Positions 32,776 through 42,660 of a stretch of DNA of 64,000 nt are shown piece by piece. The translations under genes and the position numbers were made by a program. Source of the DNA: Calditrichales bacterium (GTDB lineage Bacteria > Calditrichota > Calditrichia > Calditrichales > J004). The notes beneath the pieces were generated by a model, which was not told where the DNA came from, did no database searches, and saw only the letters and a list, made by a program, of their open reading frames with translations. The stretch covers positions 3,968,001 to 4,032,000 of the forward strand of contig OZ254086.1 of NCBI GenBank assembly GCA_965267575.1, given 5' to 3'. Every line of letters begins with the position of its first letter. The first letter of the stretch is position 1.

Positions 32776-33210
32776 CTATTTTATATTCACTTCAACGCCG
32801 GGTTCTTTTACTTCTTCCTCCTTGGCGATGGTAACAGTGAGCAGGCCGTTTTCAAGGGCCGCTTCTATGCTCTCGCTTTTCACTTCATGCGGCAGGTCAA
32901 TGGCACGGGCGATTTTGCCAAAGCTGCGATCGTTTTTAACGTAAACGGCATTTTCGCGCTCTTCCTTTTTGTTGGCAGCTATGTACAGCCTGCCATCACG
33001 GAAAGTCACTTTTACATCCTCCTTGGGGATGCCCGGAAGCTCGACGCGAACAACAAAATTGCCGGGATTCTCCTCGATACTCAGCGACGGCGATACTTCG
33101 CCCTGGTCCAGATCGTCGGCGTCACCAAAAAATTCTTCAAACAAACGGTCCAGATCATTTTTCAGATGGACTATTCTGCGCCGGGGGCCGGCAAAGTGTA
33201 CAAAAGCCAT
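32776..33210 (-). CDS. Hsp20/alpha-crystallin small heat-shock protein
   Basis: VRVELPGIPKEDVKV, RSFGKIARAIDLP, AALENGLLTVTIAK; GGAGG SD. Confidence 0.92.
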   Translation of the reverse strand: MAFVHFAGPRRRIVHLKNDLDRLFEEFFGDADDLDQGEVSPSLSIEENPGNFVVRVELPGIPKEDVKVTFRDGRLYIAANKKEERENAVYVKNDRSFGKIARAIDLPHEVKSESIEAALENGLLTVTIAKEEEVKEPGVEVNIK

Positions 33211-33250
33211 TTTTCCTCCTTCGGGTTATTATGAATCGTGTATTAATACG

Positions 33251-33292
33251 ATCAAGCCCCGTGCCAGTGTTCCTGCTTTGCCATTTGGACAG
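33251..33292 (-). promoter_or_regulatory. Sigma54-like -24/-12 element plus upstream box for hsp20
   Basis: Minus strand reads CTGTCCAAATGGCA-N12-TGGCACGGGGCTTGAT. Confidence 0.7.
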
Positions 33293-33328
33293 AAGCCAAA
33301 CTCGCTGTCGCGTCAAACTGTCCCGTTT

Positions 33329-34672
33329 TTATGCGCTTTTGTCCAGCAGGCCCGATATGTGGCGCAGATGATGCAGCTTTACGGAAGATGGTACACGGAT
33401 ATCGGAAGGAGGCAGGACAATATGCTTGATGCCCAGCTTGGAGGCTTCGTTTACGCGCTCAGCCATCTGCCCCACACTTTTGATTTCGCCGTTCAGCCCC
33501 ACTTCTCCGATAAAGAGCGTACGCGCGGGACGGCGGTTATCGTCCATCGCCGAGATCAAGGCCATGCAGATGCCAAGGTCGGCGGCGGGGTCATCCAGCT
33601 TAAGACCGCCGGCAACCTTCAGGAAAACGTCGTGAAAGCCGAAGTTGCGCCCCGCTTTTTTGTCCAGTACAGCCAAAATCAAGTTCACCCGGCGCTGATC
33701 GAGACCGCTGGAAACGCGCTGCGGCATGCCGAACTGTGTCTTGCTTACCAGCGCCTGCACCTCCACCAGGAAAATGCGGTTGCCCTCGCGCACGCTGACG
33801 ATGCCCGTGCCCGGCTGTGCTTCACCGCTCATGTCCAGGAAAAACTCGCTTGGATTACTGACAGCGCTCAGGCCGTCGCTCTCCATGCGGAACAGGCCGA
33901 TCTCATTAACGGCGCCAAAGCGATTCTTGGTACTGCGCAGGACGCGATATTGCAGGTAATCATCGCCTTCAAAGTAGACGACCGTATCAACCAAATGCTC
34001 CAACATGCGCGGCCCGGCGATGGCGCCGTCCTTGGTCACATGCCCGATCAGGAAAACGGCGATGCCCTTGTCTTTGGCCAGGCGCGTCAGGCGGGCGGTA
34101 CAGTAGCGCAGCTGGCTGCTGTTGCCCGGAATGCCGTCCACGTCTTCGGATGCCATGGTCTGGATCGAATCTATGATCAGGATAACCGGCGGATCATTTT
34201 CGCAGGCAGAGACCACATTTTCCAGACCGGTTTCATTGAGAAAGAAAATATGCTTGTTATCGATGCCCAGCCTTTTGGCGCGCTGGCGCACCTGCCGGAA
34301 GGATTCTTCACCCGAGACATAAAGCAATCGGCCCGGCGCCTGCATTTTTTGCAGCATCTGCAGCATAAGCGTGGATTTGCCGATACCGGGATCGCCGCCG
34401 ACCATGGTTACGCCGCCCGGAACAATGCCGCCGCCCAGCACGCGGTCCAGTTCGCTGATCTCCGTGGATAAGCGTTCTTCGGCTCCGTCGTCCGCGTCGC
34501 TCATCAGCGATTGTATTTTACTTGTGGTTACTTTTGCGCCAGGGCGGTTTTTTACCAGCGTCTCTTCGTTAAAACTGTCCCATTCGCCGCATTCCGGGCA
34601 CTTGCCCAGCCAACGCAGGGATTGATAACCGCAGTTTTTGCAGGCGAAAACAATGCGTTCTTTTTTTGCCAT
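33329..34672 (-). CDS. radA: DNA repair protein RadA/Sms
   Basis: CKNC..WLGKCPEC zinc finger, GGDPGIGKST, YVSGEES, DSIQT, KNRFG, Lon-like C-terminal domain. Confidence 0.97.
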   Translation of the reverse strand: MAKKERIVFACKNCGYQSLRWLGKCPECGEWDSFNEETLVKNRPGAKVTTSKIQSLMSDADDGAEERLSTEISELDRVLGGGIVPGGVTMVGGDPGIGKSTLMLQMLQKMQAPGRLLYVSGEESFRQVRQRAKRLGIDNKHIFFLNETGLENVVSACENDPPVILIIDSIQTMASEDVDGIPGNSSQLRYCTARLTRLAKDKGIAVFLIGHVTKDGAIAGPRMLEHLVDTVVYFEGDDYLQYRVLRSTKNRFGAVNEIGLFRMESDGLSAVSNPSEFFLDMSGEAQPGTGIVSVREGNRIFLVEVQALVSKTQFGMPQRVSSGLDQRRVNLILAVLDKKAGRNFGFHDVFLKVAGGLKLDDPAADLGICMALISAMDDNRRPARTLFIGEVGLNGEIKSVGQMAERVNEASKLGIKHIVLPPSDIRVPSSVKLHHLRHISGLLDKSA

Positions 34673-34752
34673 ATATGGCTAATAATCCTTTAACTTAGTT
34701 TCATTAAATTAAGGCATAACAAAACAAGATTCATCCATCTGAAAGGAATTGT

Positions 34753-36114
34753 ATGCGTTTTATCGCGATTGTGCTATTACCGTTGATGCTTTTTGCCCGG
34801 GATATTTACGTCAGCGCCCTAAACGGCAATGACGCGGGCGACGGTACCCGGCAGCAGCCCTTTAAAAGCCTGGCCGTAGCCGTAAACGAAGCTCGTGATC
34901 CCGGCGATACGGTCATCCTGCTGGACGGCCCTTTCGACCGTCCATTAAAAACCTACCACAGCGGCACCCGTGAGAAACCGATCACCATCCGGGCCGCGGA
35001 AAACGCGCCTGTGGAGATTGTTTATGCCGAACGCGCGCTGCATGTGCGCAATAGCCACATTGTCGTTGAAGGACTGATCTTTGACGGCGGCACATACCCC
35101 GACGGGGTTCTCGCCACCATCGACGGCAACAACGTTACCCTGCGCGATTGCGAAATCCGCAACGGCAACCGCGACCTGCTGACCATCGGTGATGTGCGTG
35201 ATATAACCATCGAGAATTGCCTGATACATCATGGCTTAAGCTGGCACAGAACCACGCGCAAGGAGCCCCACGGCATCAGCACGCGCGGCGTAAAAGGCCT
35301 GAAAGTGATCAACACATCCATTTACCAGATCACCGGCGACTGCATCCAGATCTCCCCTTCCCGCGCCGACTGGGATGATATCGAGCTGCGTGATTGTACT
35401 TTCTGGGTGACGCCGTTGACCGAAGCTGAAGTGGATCGCGCGCGCCTGCCTTCCTATGCCGTGGGCAGTGTTCAGGCGGAAAACGCGCTGGACCTTAAAT
35501 CGGATGACGAAGACCTGCCCACCGAGCACAAGATCCGTATCATCAACTGTACCGCTTACGGCTTTCGCTCCACGCGTATCAATAATGCTGCCGCCTTCAA
35601 CATCAAAAACCCGTCGCTCGCTTTTATCGATGGCTGCACGGTTTACGACAGTGAAATCGCCTTCCGCCTGCGCGCTCCTTCTGAGGTGACACTGCAAAAC
35701 TCCGTCATTTACGATTGCGATTACGGTGTGCGTTATGAAGACGGCATGGATAAACTCCATCTTTTTCAGAACACGTTTGGCCTGGGAATTAAAGAAAGGG
35801 CCCTGCGTGAGGTAGGTTCAACACCACGCGACTTCCAGGCCTTCAATAATCTTTTTGTGGATGAGAGGCTGCCCGGGGAGCTGGACGACGATATGCTTCT
35901 GAGGGCCCATAACCGCGCCGTTTCGCCGGCTGATGTATCCTCCTGGTTTATCAACGCGCCGGCACATAATTACCAGCCGGTGCCCACTTCCCCCGCCATT
36001 GACGGCGGCATGGACCTGTCGGCCAAGGGGGTAATAAATGATATTGACGGCAACCCGCGTCCTGCCGGCCAGGGATACGATTTTGGAGCATGGGAAGTTC
36101 AGCCGGAAGAGTAA
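34753..36114 (+). CDS. Secreted right-handed beta-helix protein (pectin lyase-like fold)
   Basis: Signal peptide, IYVS..GND..DGT..QPFKSL, PGDTV, repeated VTLRDCEI/ITIENCLI strands, C-terminal SPAIDGG..DIDGNPRP..YDFGAWE. Confidence 0.82.
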   Translation: MRFIAIVLLPLMLFARDIYVSALNGNDAGDGTRQQPFKSLAVAVNEARDPGDTVILLDGPFDRPLKTYHSGTREKPITIRAAENAPVEIVYAERALHVRNSHIVVEGLIFDGGTYPDGVLATIDGNNVTLRDCEIRNGNRDLLTIGDVRDITIENCLIHHGLSWHRTTRKEPHGISTRGVKGLKVINTSIYQITGDCIQISPSRADWDDIELRDCTFWVTPLTEAEVDRARLPSYAVGSVQAENALDLKSDDEDLPTEHKIRIINCTAYGFRSTRINNAAAFNIKNPSLAFIDGCTVYDSEIAFRLRAPSEVTLQNSVIYDCDYGVRYEDGMDKLHLFQNTFGLGIKERALREVGSTPRDFQAFNNLFVDERLPGELDDDMLLRAHNRAVSPADVSSWFINAPAHNYQPVPTSPAIDGGMDLSAKGVINDIDGNPRPAGQGYDFGAWEVQPEE

Positions 36115-36150
36115 TTTCAGAGGTTTGTCCCAAAACCGGCGTTGTTCAGT

Positions 36151-36257
36151 GGATTCCTGCCTGCGCAGGAATGACATTATAAGCTGCGCCGCCGGTCTCC
36201 GTTGCAGGATGAGCACGTACATGGTAACGGAGATAAGCGCCAGCGGTCTCCGTTACC
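36151..36257. repeat. REP/dRS3-like palindrome plus a short duplicated hairpin unit
   Basis: GGATTCCTGCCTGCGCAGGAATGAC (36151-36175); two copies of GCGCC..CGGTCTCCGTT; 11 bp inverted repeat GGTAACGGAGA/TCTCCGTTACC (36223-36257). Confidence 0.6.
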
Positions 36258-36292
36258 GGGACATGCATAACCTTTGTTTTAAAATTCACAAC

Positions 36293-36323
36293 AAAAAAAG
36301 GGACGCCGATTGACGTCCCTTCC
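36293..36323 (-). terminator. Rho-independent terminator of the RND operon
   Basis: AAGGGACG/CGTCCCTT stem with a T run on the minus strand. Confidence 0.8.
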
Positions 36324-36343
36324 TTAAACCTAAGAATTGTTTC

Positions 36344-39300
36344 TTATACTTTCTCCGGCTGCGCCATTGCTTTTTCTTTGCGCTCGGCAAGGTAATCCTG
36401 CCAGCGCTCGCTGATGCCTGTGAGCAGGCTGTACATTACCGGCACGACAACCAGCGTAAGCGCCGTGGCAAAAAGCAATCCGAAAATTACCGCAACGCCC
36501 ATGTTGGACCACCACTCCGAGCTTTCCGCGCCAAACTCTATCACTTTGCGAAAATCAAGAGAGAGGGCGCCGATAAAGTCGATGTTGATGCCGGCCGTCA
36601 GCGGTATCAGGCCTAAGATCGTGGTAACGGCCGTCAGGATAACCGGACGCATACGCACTTTCCCGCCGCGGATGATCGCTTCCATTTTATCCAGGCCGCG
36701 TTCACGAAGCTTCTGGATATAGTCGATCAAAACAATGGCATTGTTCACCACAACGCCGGCCAGCGAAATGATACCGATTCCGGTCATGATGATACCGAAC
36801 GGCTCACCCGTTACCAGCAATCCGAAGAAGACACCAAAAAAAGACAAGATGACCGAGATCATAATAACGATCGGCAGCATTACCGAGTTGAACTGGCTGA
36901 CCAGCACGAAGAAAATCAGGAAAAGCGCGATAAGAAAGGCGCTGGTTAAAAAGTCCATATCCTTCTGCTGTTCCACATCCTGCCCGGCAAAACGAATGCT
37001 GTATCCTTCCGGCGCTTCGTAGCCCTCCAGCCGGTCTTTTACGTCATTCAATACTTCCGCGGAAGAACGGCCCAGTGCTTCCCCGGTTATCGTTACCACG
37101 CGGTCATTGTCCACATGGTTTACGCGGGTAAGCCCCGATCCCAGATCGATGCTGGCAAAGTTGGCCAGCGGATAATGCTTGCCCTCGTGAAAGATCGTCA
37201 GGTCCAGGATATCCGAGTAATTATTGCGGAACGGTTCGGCAAAGCGAACGGTGATATCGTATTCATCCTGGCCGACCCGGTATTGCGAAGCCTCCGTACC
37301 GTTTATGGCCGTACGGATTGTATTGGCGATCTGCTGCGTATTCAATTCCAGCCGTGCCGCCTTTTCGCGATCAATGCGAATAGTCAGTTCGGGCTTGCCC
37401 ACTTCGTAGTTGTCCTGCAGCTTGGTCAGCCCCGGCACATCACGGATCATCTTTTGCAGCTCGGTGGAAATGGCGTCCAGCGTTGTAAAATCCTCACCCT
37501 TGATCTGGATCTCGACGGCGGCGCCGGTCGGCGGCCCTTCCTGCGGTTTGGTCACGTCGATTTTAGCGCCGGGGATATCGGTCAGCTCGGCAGCCACCTG
37601 CTCCAGCGTTTCAAAAGAGTTCTGCTCGCGTTCGTAGCGCTCAACAAATTCGATGGTCACGCGCGATTTATGCGGAGATCCGGAGCCACCCCCGAAGTCC
37701 ATCATATTGCTCTGGTTGCCGACGTCTGCCACAAAATAACGCATGTCCGGCGTATCCTTAATGCGCTCCTCCACTTTTCTCACAATCCGATCGGATGCTT
37801 CCAAACGGGTGCCGTTGGGGGCGTCCACGTTAACCCAGGCCTGACGCGGCTCAATATCCGGAAAGTATTCCAGGCCGTGATTGAATACACCATAGACAAA
37901 AAACATCATGAAATAGCCGCCAAAAGCAATACCCAGCACAGTCCACCTGTGTGTCAGCGCCCAGCGCATGGTCTTGTCATACAGCGGTTCCAGGAAGCGC
38001 AAAAGCTTATCGCCAGGCAGGTTAACCATTTTGCTGTCAAGTTTCAGGTACCGGGCCGTTACCACGGGGTTAAACACCAAGCCCACAAAAAGTGATGACG
38101 ACAATGTAACAATCAGCGTAATGGGCAGGTAGCGCATAAACTCGCCTACTATACCCGGCCAGAAGGCCAGCGGCGCAAAAGCGCCCAATGTCGTAATCGT
38201 GGAAGCGACAACGGCCATACCCACCTCGCCGGTACCGTCTTTGGCCGCCTGCAAAAGTGACTTGCCCTCTTCGTGATGCCGGTAAATATTTTCGATGATC
38301 ACGATGGCGTTGTCCACGAGCATACCCAGGGCCAGGATGAGGCTGAACAGCACCATCATATTTAGCGTGTAGCCAATGGCGCTGATCACGATAAAAGACA
38401 TCAGCATGGAGAGCGGAATAGCGATACCCACAAGAAAACCATTGCGCGCACCCATGAAGAAATAAAGCACCAACACAACCAGGATAAGACCGGAAATAAT
38501 ATTATTCTCCAGGTCATTCACCATCGAGCGGATATCCTTGGACTGATCCGCCGTGATCACATATTCCGTTTGCGCCGGAAATTTTTGCGCTTCTTTCTCG
38601 AGAATAACCTTTACCTGGTCTGATATGGCAATGATGTTCTCACCGCTGCGTTTGATAATTGATAGCGTGACGCTGGGACGACCTGCCAAACGCGAATAGC
38701 TGTCTTCCTCCTTAAAGCCAAATTCGATATCAGCCAGGTCCTGCAGGTAGACAGGATTCTCGCCTTTCTGCTTTACAACGATGTTATTTAGTTCGCGCAC
38801 ATCGTCAAACTCACCGGGAATGCGCACCGAAAAGCGCAGGTCGCCGCCGTCGATAGAACCACCCGGAGTCGTCAGGTTTTCCTGGCGAATAGCGTCGATC
38901 ACATCGACCGTGCCGAGATTGTAATACTGCATGCGGTTGGCATCCAGCTTCACCTTGACCTCGCGCTCCAGCCCGCCGGTGATGTTAACTTCCAAAACAC
39001 CGGAAATCTGCTCGAATTCATCCTGCAGGTCTTCAGCAATCTCCTTAAGCCGTACCAGTGACTGGTTGCCCACAATACTCACCAGCATGATGGGGATATT
39101 CTCAAAATTGACCTCCTCCACCATCGGCTCTTCGATATCGTCCGGCAGCTCGGGCCGCGCCTGGTCCACTTTTTCGCGCACCTTGCGCACCGCCTCGTCT
39201 ATATCAATGTCCGATTCAAATTCAACTATGACATTTGTATAGCCTTCGAGGCTGCTCGAGGTAAGCTTTTTAATTTTTGTGATTTCTTTGATCTCTTTTT

Positions 39301-39502
39301 CAAGCGGATTGGCTACAAGGGTTTCCATATCCTCCGGGGAAACGCCCACATAGGGTACCGCAACAACCACAACCGGCTGCTTGATTGACGGGAACGACTC
39401 GACCGGCAGGCCGACATAGGACATCAGACCGGCCAGCGTTACAATCACAAGCAAAACAAAAACCGATGTGCGGAACTTTAGTGCAAGATTAGTTATCTTC
39501 AT
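36344..39502 (-). CDS. AcrB/HAE1-family RND efflux permease
   Basis: 1052 aa; LPVESFP, GMLVDNAIVIIENI, GVVVNNAIVLID, RMRPVILTAVTT. Confidence 0.95.
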   Translation of the reverse strand: MKITNLALKFRTSVFVLLVIVTLAGLMSYVGLPVESFPSIKQPVVVVAVPYVGVSPEDMETLVANPLEKEIKEITKIKKLTSSSLEGYTNVIVEFESDIDIDEAVRKVREKVDQARPELPDDIEEPMVEEVNFENIPIMLVSIVGNQSLVRLKEIAEDLQDEFEQISGVLEVNITGGLEREVKVKLDANRMQYYNLGTVDVIDAIRQENLTTPGGSIDGGDLRFSVRIPGEFDDVRELNNIVVKQKGENPVYLQDLADIEFGFKEEDSYSRLAGRPSVTLSIIKRSGENIIAISDQVKVILEKEAQKFPAQTEYVITADQSKDIRSMVNDLENNIISGLILVVLVLYFFMGARNGFLVGIAIPLSMLMSFIVISAIGYTLNMMVLFSLILALGMLVDNAIVIIENIYRHHEEGKSLLQAAKDGTGEVGMAVVASTITTLGAFAPLAFWPGIVGEFMRYLPITLIVTLSSSLFVGLVFNPVVTARYLKLDSKMVNLPGDKLLRFLEPLYDKTMRWALTHRWTVLGIAFGGYFMMFFVYGVFNHGLEYFPDIEPRQAWVNVDAPNGTRLEASDRIVRKVEERIKDTPDMRYFVADVGNQSNMMDFGGGSGSPHKSRVTIEFVERYEREQNSFETLEQVAAELTDIPGAKIDVTKPQEGPPTGAAVEIQIKGEDFTTLDAISTELQKMIRDVPGLTKLQDNYEVGKPELTIRIDREKAARLELNTQQIANTIRTAINGTEASQYRVGQDEYDITVRFAEPFRNNYSDILDLTIFHEGKHYPLANFASIDLGSGLTRVNHVDNDRVVTITGEALGRSSAEVLNDVKDRLEGYEAPEGYSIRFAGQDVEQQKDMDFLTSAFLIALFLIFFVLVSQFNSVMLPIVIMISVILSFFGVFFGLLVTGEPFGIIMTGIGIISLAGVVVNNAIVLIDYIQKLRERGLDKMEAIIRGGKVRMRPVILTAVTTILGLIPLTAGINIDFIGALSLDFRKVIEFGAESSEWWSNMGVAVIFGLLFATALTLVVVPVMYSLLTGISERWQDYLAERKEKAMAQPEKV

Positions 39503-39514
39503 CAGTTTTCCCGC

Positions 39515-40555
39515 TTATTCCGTTACAATATTCAGTGTATCACCTTCAGTCAGTTCGCGCTGCCCGGTTACAACCAGGTCTTGTCCGGCCGCCAGGCCGC
39601 TCACCAGCACGCTGTCGTTATGGAAGGCTTCAATATTTACAATTTTCTTTTTGGCCACCATCTGATCGGCCAGAAAAACATAGCGTCCTTTTTCCGAATC
39701 GATTAAAGCGTCAATCGGGATAACAATGCCGTCGCTGAATTTCTGCTTCAGCAGGCGCACGTTGGCTATCATTTCCGGCGCCAGGCGATTGTCCACGTTG
39801 CCGAATTCCGTTTCAATCTGAAAGGTGCGGCTCTGCGGATCAATGCTGCGCGAAACGAACGTAATATCACTATTGATTACCAGGTCCGGGTAGGCGTCAA
39901 AGGTCAACTGCACACGGGAGCCTTTACTTATAAAACGCATAAAACGTTCAGCCACGCCGGCGCTTACTTTGAGACGGCCGTTGTCAACAATCTCGTACAT
40001 CGGCGAGCCTGGCGAGATGAAAGCGCCCATATCGAAGTAGCGCGCGTTCACATAGCCGGCGATCGGCGCCCGAAGCGTAAGCTTGTCATAGCGCGCCTTG
40101 GCCAGTTCATAGGCGGCCTGCGCCCTTTCAAGGTTCAGACGCGATTTCTCAAATTCATTTTCAGAGATAGCGTTTTTCTCCGCCAGCACCTTGCTGCTGT
40201 TAAAATCCAGCTGCGCCTGATCACGCGCGGCACGCGCTTCCTGGTAGGACGCCTGCAGCACCTTGTTCTCGATGCGCGCTAAAACAGCGCCCTTTTGTAC
40301 CATGGCGCCCTTATCATGCTGCATTTCAACAACGATGCCGGACTCCTCTGCCACTACCTTAATCTGGTTGCGGGCTTTTACCACGCCTGTCAGATTGAGG
40401 TATTCTTCAAAAGCTGTTTTTTGCAGTGCTTTTGTTACGACCGGCAAGCCTGGGTTCGTTTTAGAATCGCTGTTTTCCGCTTTGCTGTCCTGCGAACAAC
40501 TCCAGGCAAGCAACGCCAGTACTAATATGAGTAGGTAGATCTTCAGGGATTTCAT
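39515..40555 (-). CDS. RND periplasmic adaptor (MFP), lipoprotein
   Basis: Lipobox AWSC, barrel-sandwich GAMVQKGAVL, LRAPIAG, IDPQSRTF. Start trimmed to MKSLKI. Confidence 0.92.
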   Translation of the reverse strand: MKSLKIYLLILVLALLAWSCSQDSKAENSDSKTNPGLPVVTKALQKTAFEEYLNLTGVVKARNQIKVVAEESGIVVEMQHDKGAMVQKGAVLARIENKVLQASYQEARAARDQAQLDFNSSKVLAEKNAISENEFEKSRLNLERAQAAYELAKARYDKLTLRAPIAGYVNARYFDMGAFISPGSPMYEIVDNGRLKVSAGVAERFMRFISKGSRVQLTFDAYPDLVINSDITFVSRSIDPQSRTFQIETEFGNVDNRLAPEMIANVRLLKQKFSDGIVIPIDALIDSEKGRYVFLADQMVAKKKIVNIEAFHNDSVLVSGLAAGQDLVVTGQRELTEGDTLNIVTE

Positions 40556-40568
40556 TTTGCCTCCAACC

Positions 40569-41897
40569 TTAAATAGTGTCAATCTCCTGCCACTGGCCTG
40601 ATACCAATTGCCACTGGAAATATGCTTTTAAGTAGTTAAATCGTGCTGTCAGTAAGCTCACCTTGGCCTGGTCCAGAAAGACGCGGCTGTCTTTCACCTC
40701 AAGCTGTGTGGCCAGTCCGTTTTCAAGACGTGCTTCCGCTATATCAAATGCGCGGGTGGCTGCATCCACGCTCTTTTGCGCGGATTCGATCTCTTTGCGG
40801 GCCTCGCGCAGGCTAAGCATCACATTTTTGAGCTGCACACGGATTTGATCTTCCGTCTGGGAAAGCCGCGTATCGCTTTTGCGCACATCAATGCGGGCTT
40901 TCTGCACCTGTGCGTTAGTATATCCGCCGCTGAAAAGGGGGATATTCAGTCGCAGGCCCACCACGTAGTTGTCATAGTCGTTTTCAATTTTCAGCTCATC
41001 CGATCGCCCGGAATAGGTATAAGTAAAAGTGCCGGATAACGTCGGCAGGTGATTGGCAAATTCCAGGCTCACGTTTTTATCACGCAGATCGCGCTCCAGT
41101 TGCAGAGCGCGGAAGTCCAGGCGGTTTTCGAAAACCGATTGCAGATCCGGTTCATCCGGCATCGGCGGAATGCTTTCGTAGGCATCGCTCAACTCAATTT
41201 CTTCATCCAGCGGTATGTCCAGCATGGTTTTGAGATTGTTTACCGCCAGTTCATAATTTTTCTCAGCCGCCAGCGTTTTGGGGATGGCATTACGCCAGCG
41301 CACTTCCGCCTGCAGCAAATCAAACTCCGAAGTAACGCCGCTTTCGTAACGCGTCTTGGTCTCTTCGTAGTTTTCCAGGGCGCTTTGCTCAGACTCCGTC
41401 GTGACCTTTAAAATCTCATGGGAGAGCAAAGCGTCGTAATAGGCTTCTTTCACCTTTGTCAAAATCGTCCGCCGCTGATGGTCATAATTCTGATTTGTAA
41501 AATCGTCAAACTTATAAGCTATTTGCAGAGCCTTGCCCACTTTATAACTCAGCAGCGTCTGCTCAAGCTTTGCCGTCAGCGAGTATTCATTCTTAAACGT
41601 AAAAGAAATTCTGTTCGAACCGCCAAAACCTTCATCCGCGTTGATAAAGAAAAAGGTCTCCTTAAGGTTTCGGCTGTAATTCACATCGGCCGTTACCAGA
41701 GGCAAAGCCGTGGACCATGCTTCGCTGACCTGGGCATCGGCATAATCCAGTTCGGCCCGGGCAAGCTTCAGCTCATCATTGTTTTCCTCGGCCATTTTTA
41801 ACGCACTGCTCAAACTCAAATCACGTGAGAAAACGATTGTTAAACCACCCAGGACAATCAGAACAACTGCTAAAAACAATCTATTTTCCGTTACCAT
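40569..41897 (-). CDS. TolC-family outer membrane efflux protein
   Basis: Signal peptide, two OEP repeats (RYESGVTSEFDLLQA; RLENGLATQLEV), LNIPLFSGG. Confidence 0.92.
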   Translation of the reverse strand: MVTENRLFLAVVLIVLGGLTIVFSRDLSLSSALKMAEENNDELKLARAELDYADAQVSEAWSTALPLVTADVNYSRNLKETFFFINADEGFGGSNRISFTFKNEYSLTAKLEQTLLSYKVGKALQIAYKFDDFTNQNYDHQRRTILTKVKEAYYDALLSHEILKVTTESEQSALENYEETKTRYESGVTSEFDLLQAEVRWRNAIPKTLAAEKNYELAVNNLKTMLDIPLDEEIELSDAYESIPPMPDEPDLQSVFENRLDFRALQLERDLRDKNVSLEFANHLPTLSGTFTYTYSGRSDELKIENDYDNYVVGLRLNIPLFSGGYTNAQVQKARIDVRKSDTRLSQTEDQIRVQLKNVMLSLREARKEIESAQKSVDAATRAFDIAEARLENGLATQLEVKDSRVFLDQAKVSLLTARFNYLKAYFQWQLVSGQWQEIDTI

Positions 41898-42498
41898 GCA
41901 TGTCTCCTTTCAAACCGCTAAGAATAAAGCGGATCACCGTTTTAATAATGATCGTAGCATCCTTTTTCTCTACCCTTCTTACCCAGTCCAGGTTGAGAAA
42001 ACGCGTCATGTTCACAATGCTGCGAACTGTCATTTCCAAGTTGTCAATTTTAAATTCACCGTTTTGCTGACCTTTTTGCAGGATGGGCCTTATTTTGTCG
42101 CCCTGCATTGTTTGGATCGTTTCCGCAATCTGTGCGCCGTGAAAAGCGTGCTCACAAATAACATCCGGTACTTCGGGCATATCTCCTGCAATCCGGTTCA
42201 TACCTTCGTATAGGATCATGTAAAAGCGCTCCAGGCGTTCGGCGCAATTTTCGACATTGTTCAGCTTTTTTTCGATTGAAGTCATAAACGCAGAGGCCTC
42301 TTCCAGCAATATCTCCTGGAATAGCGACTGCTTATTGTCGTAATAATAATAGAGCGCCGGTTTGGTAAGACCACATTGCCGCGCTATGTCGGTCATATTG
42401 GTTTTATTAAAGCCAAAGTGCAGGAATAATCTGCGCGCTGCTTCCTTTATCTGTTTGCGCTTGCTATTATCAGTTACTGTATTTTCCATAATTGCCAT
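41881..42498 (-). CDS. TetR/AcrR-family transcriptional regulator
   Basis: ARRLFLHFGFNKTNMTDIARQCGLTKPALYYYYDNKQSL HTH. Start moved downstream of the operator-like palindrome. Confidence 0.92.
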   Translation of the reverse strand: MAIMENTVTDNSKRKQIKEAARRLFLHFGFNKTNMTDIARQCGLTKPALYYYYDNKQSLFQEILLEEASAFMTSIEKKLNNVENCAERLERFYMILYEGMNRIAGDMPEVPDVICEHAFHGAQIAETIQTMQGDKIRPILQKGQQNGEFKIDNLEMTVRSIVNMTRFLNLDWVRRVEKKDATIIIKTVIRFILSGLKGDMHGNGK

Positions 42499-42505
42499 TT
42501 TATCT

Positions 42506-42533
42506 ATTTGACTATTTCCATAAAAGGTCAAAT
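42506..42533. promoter_or_regulatory. Probable TetR operator
   Basis: Inverted repeat ATTTGAC-N14-GTCAAAT directly upstream of tetR. Confidence 0.65.
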
Positions 42534-42660
42534 GTAAAGTATAAAACTTTAAAATTAAAAATTTTATTTGCCCGACTACGGGAGGATTTTCTTTTTGTTT
42601 TTAAAAAATATGTTTTTTATGTTTCATGGCAGTTAGTTCAACTAGTAAATTAACCGCCAC

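Noticed and set aside
32969..34471. 500 aa plus-strand ORF
   Set aside because: Antisense shadow of radA and hsp20 with no recognisable motifs.
36151..36257. CRISPR array
   Set aside because: Only two imperfect short copies, no regular repeat-spacer period and no cas genes.
37115..38095. 326 aa plus-strand ORF, and similar long ORFs at 12722-13570, 51330-52298 and 45396-46262
   Set aside because: All lie antisense to well-supported genes and have no family signatures.
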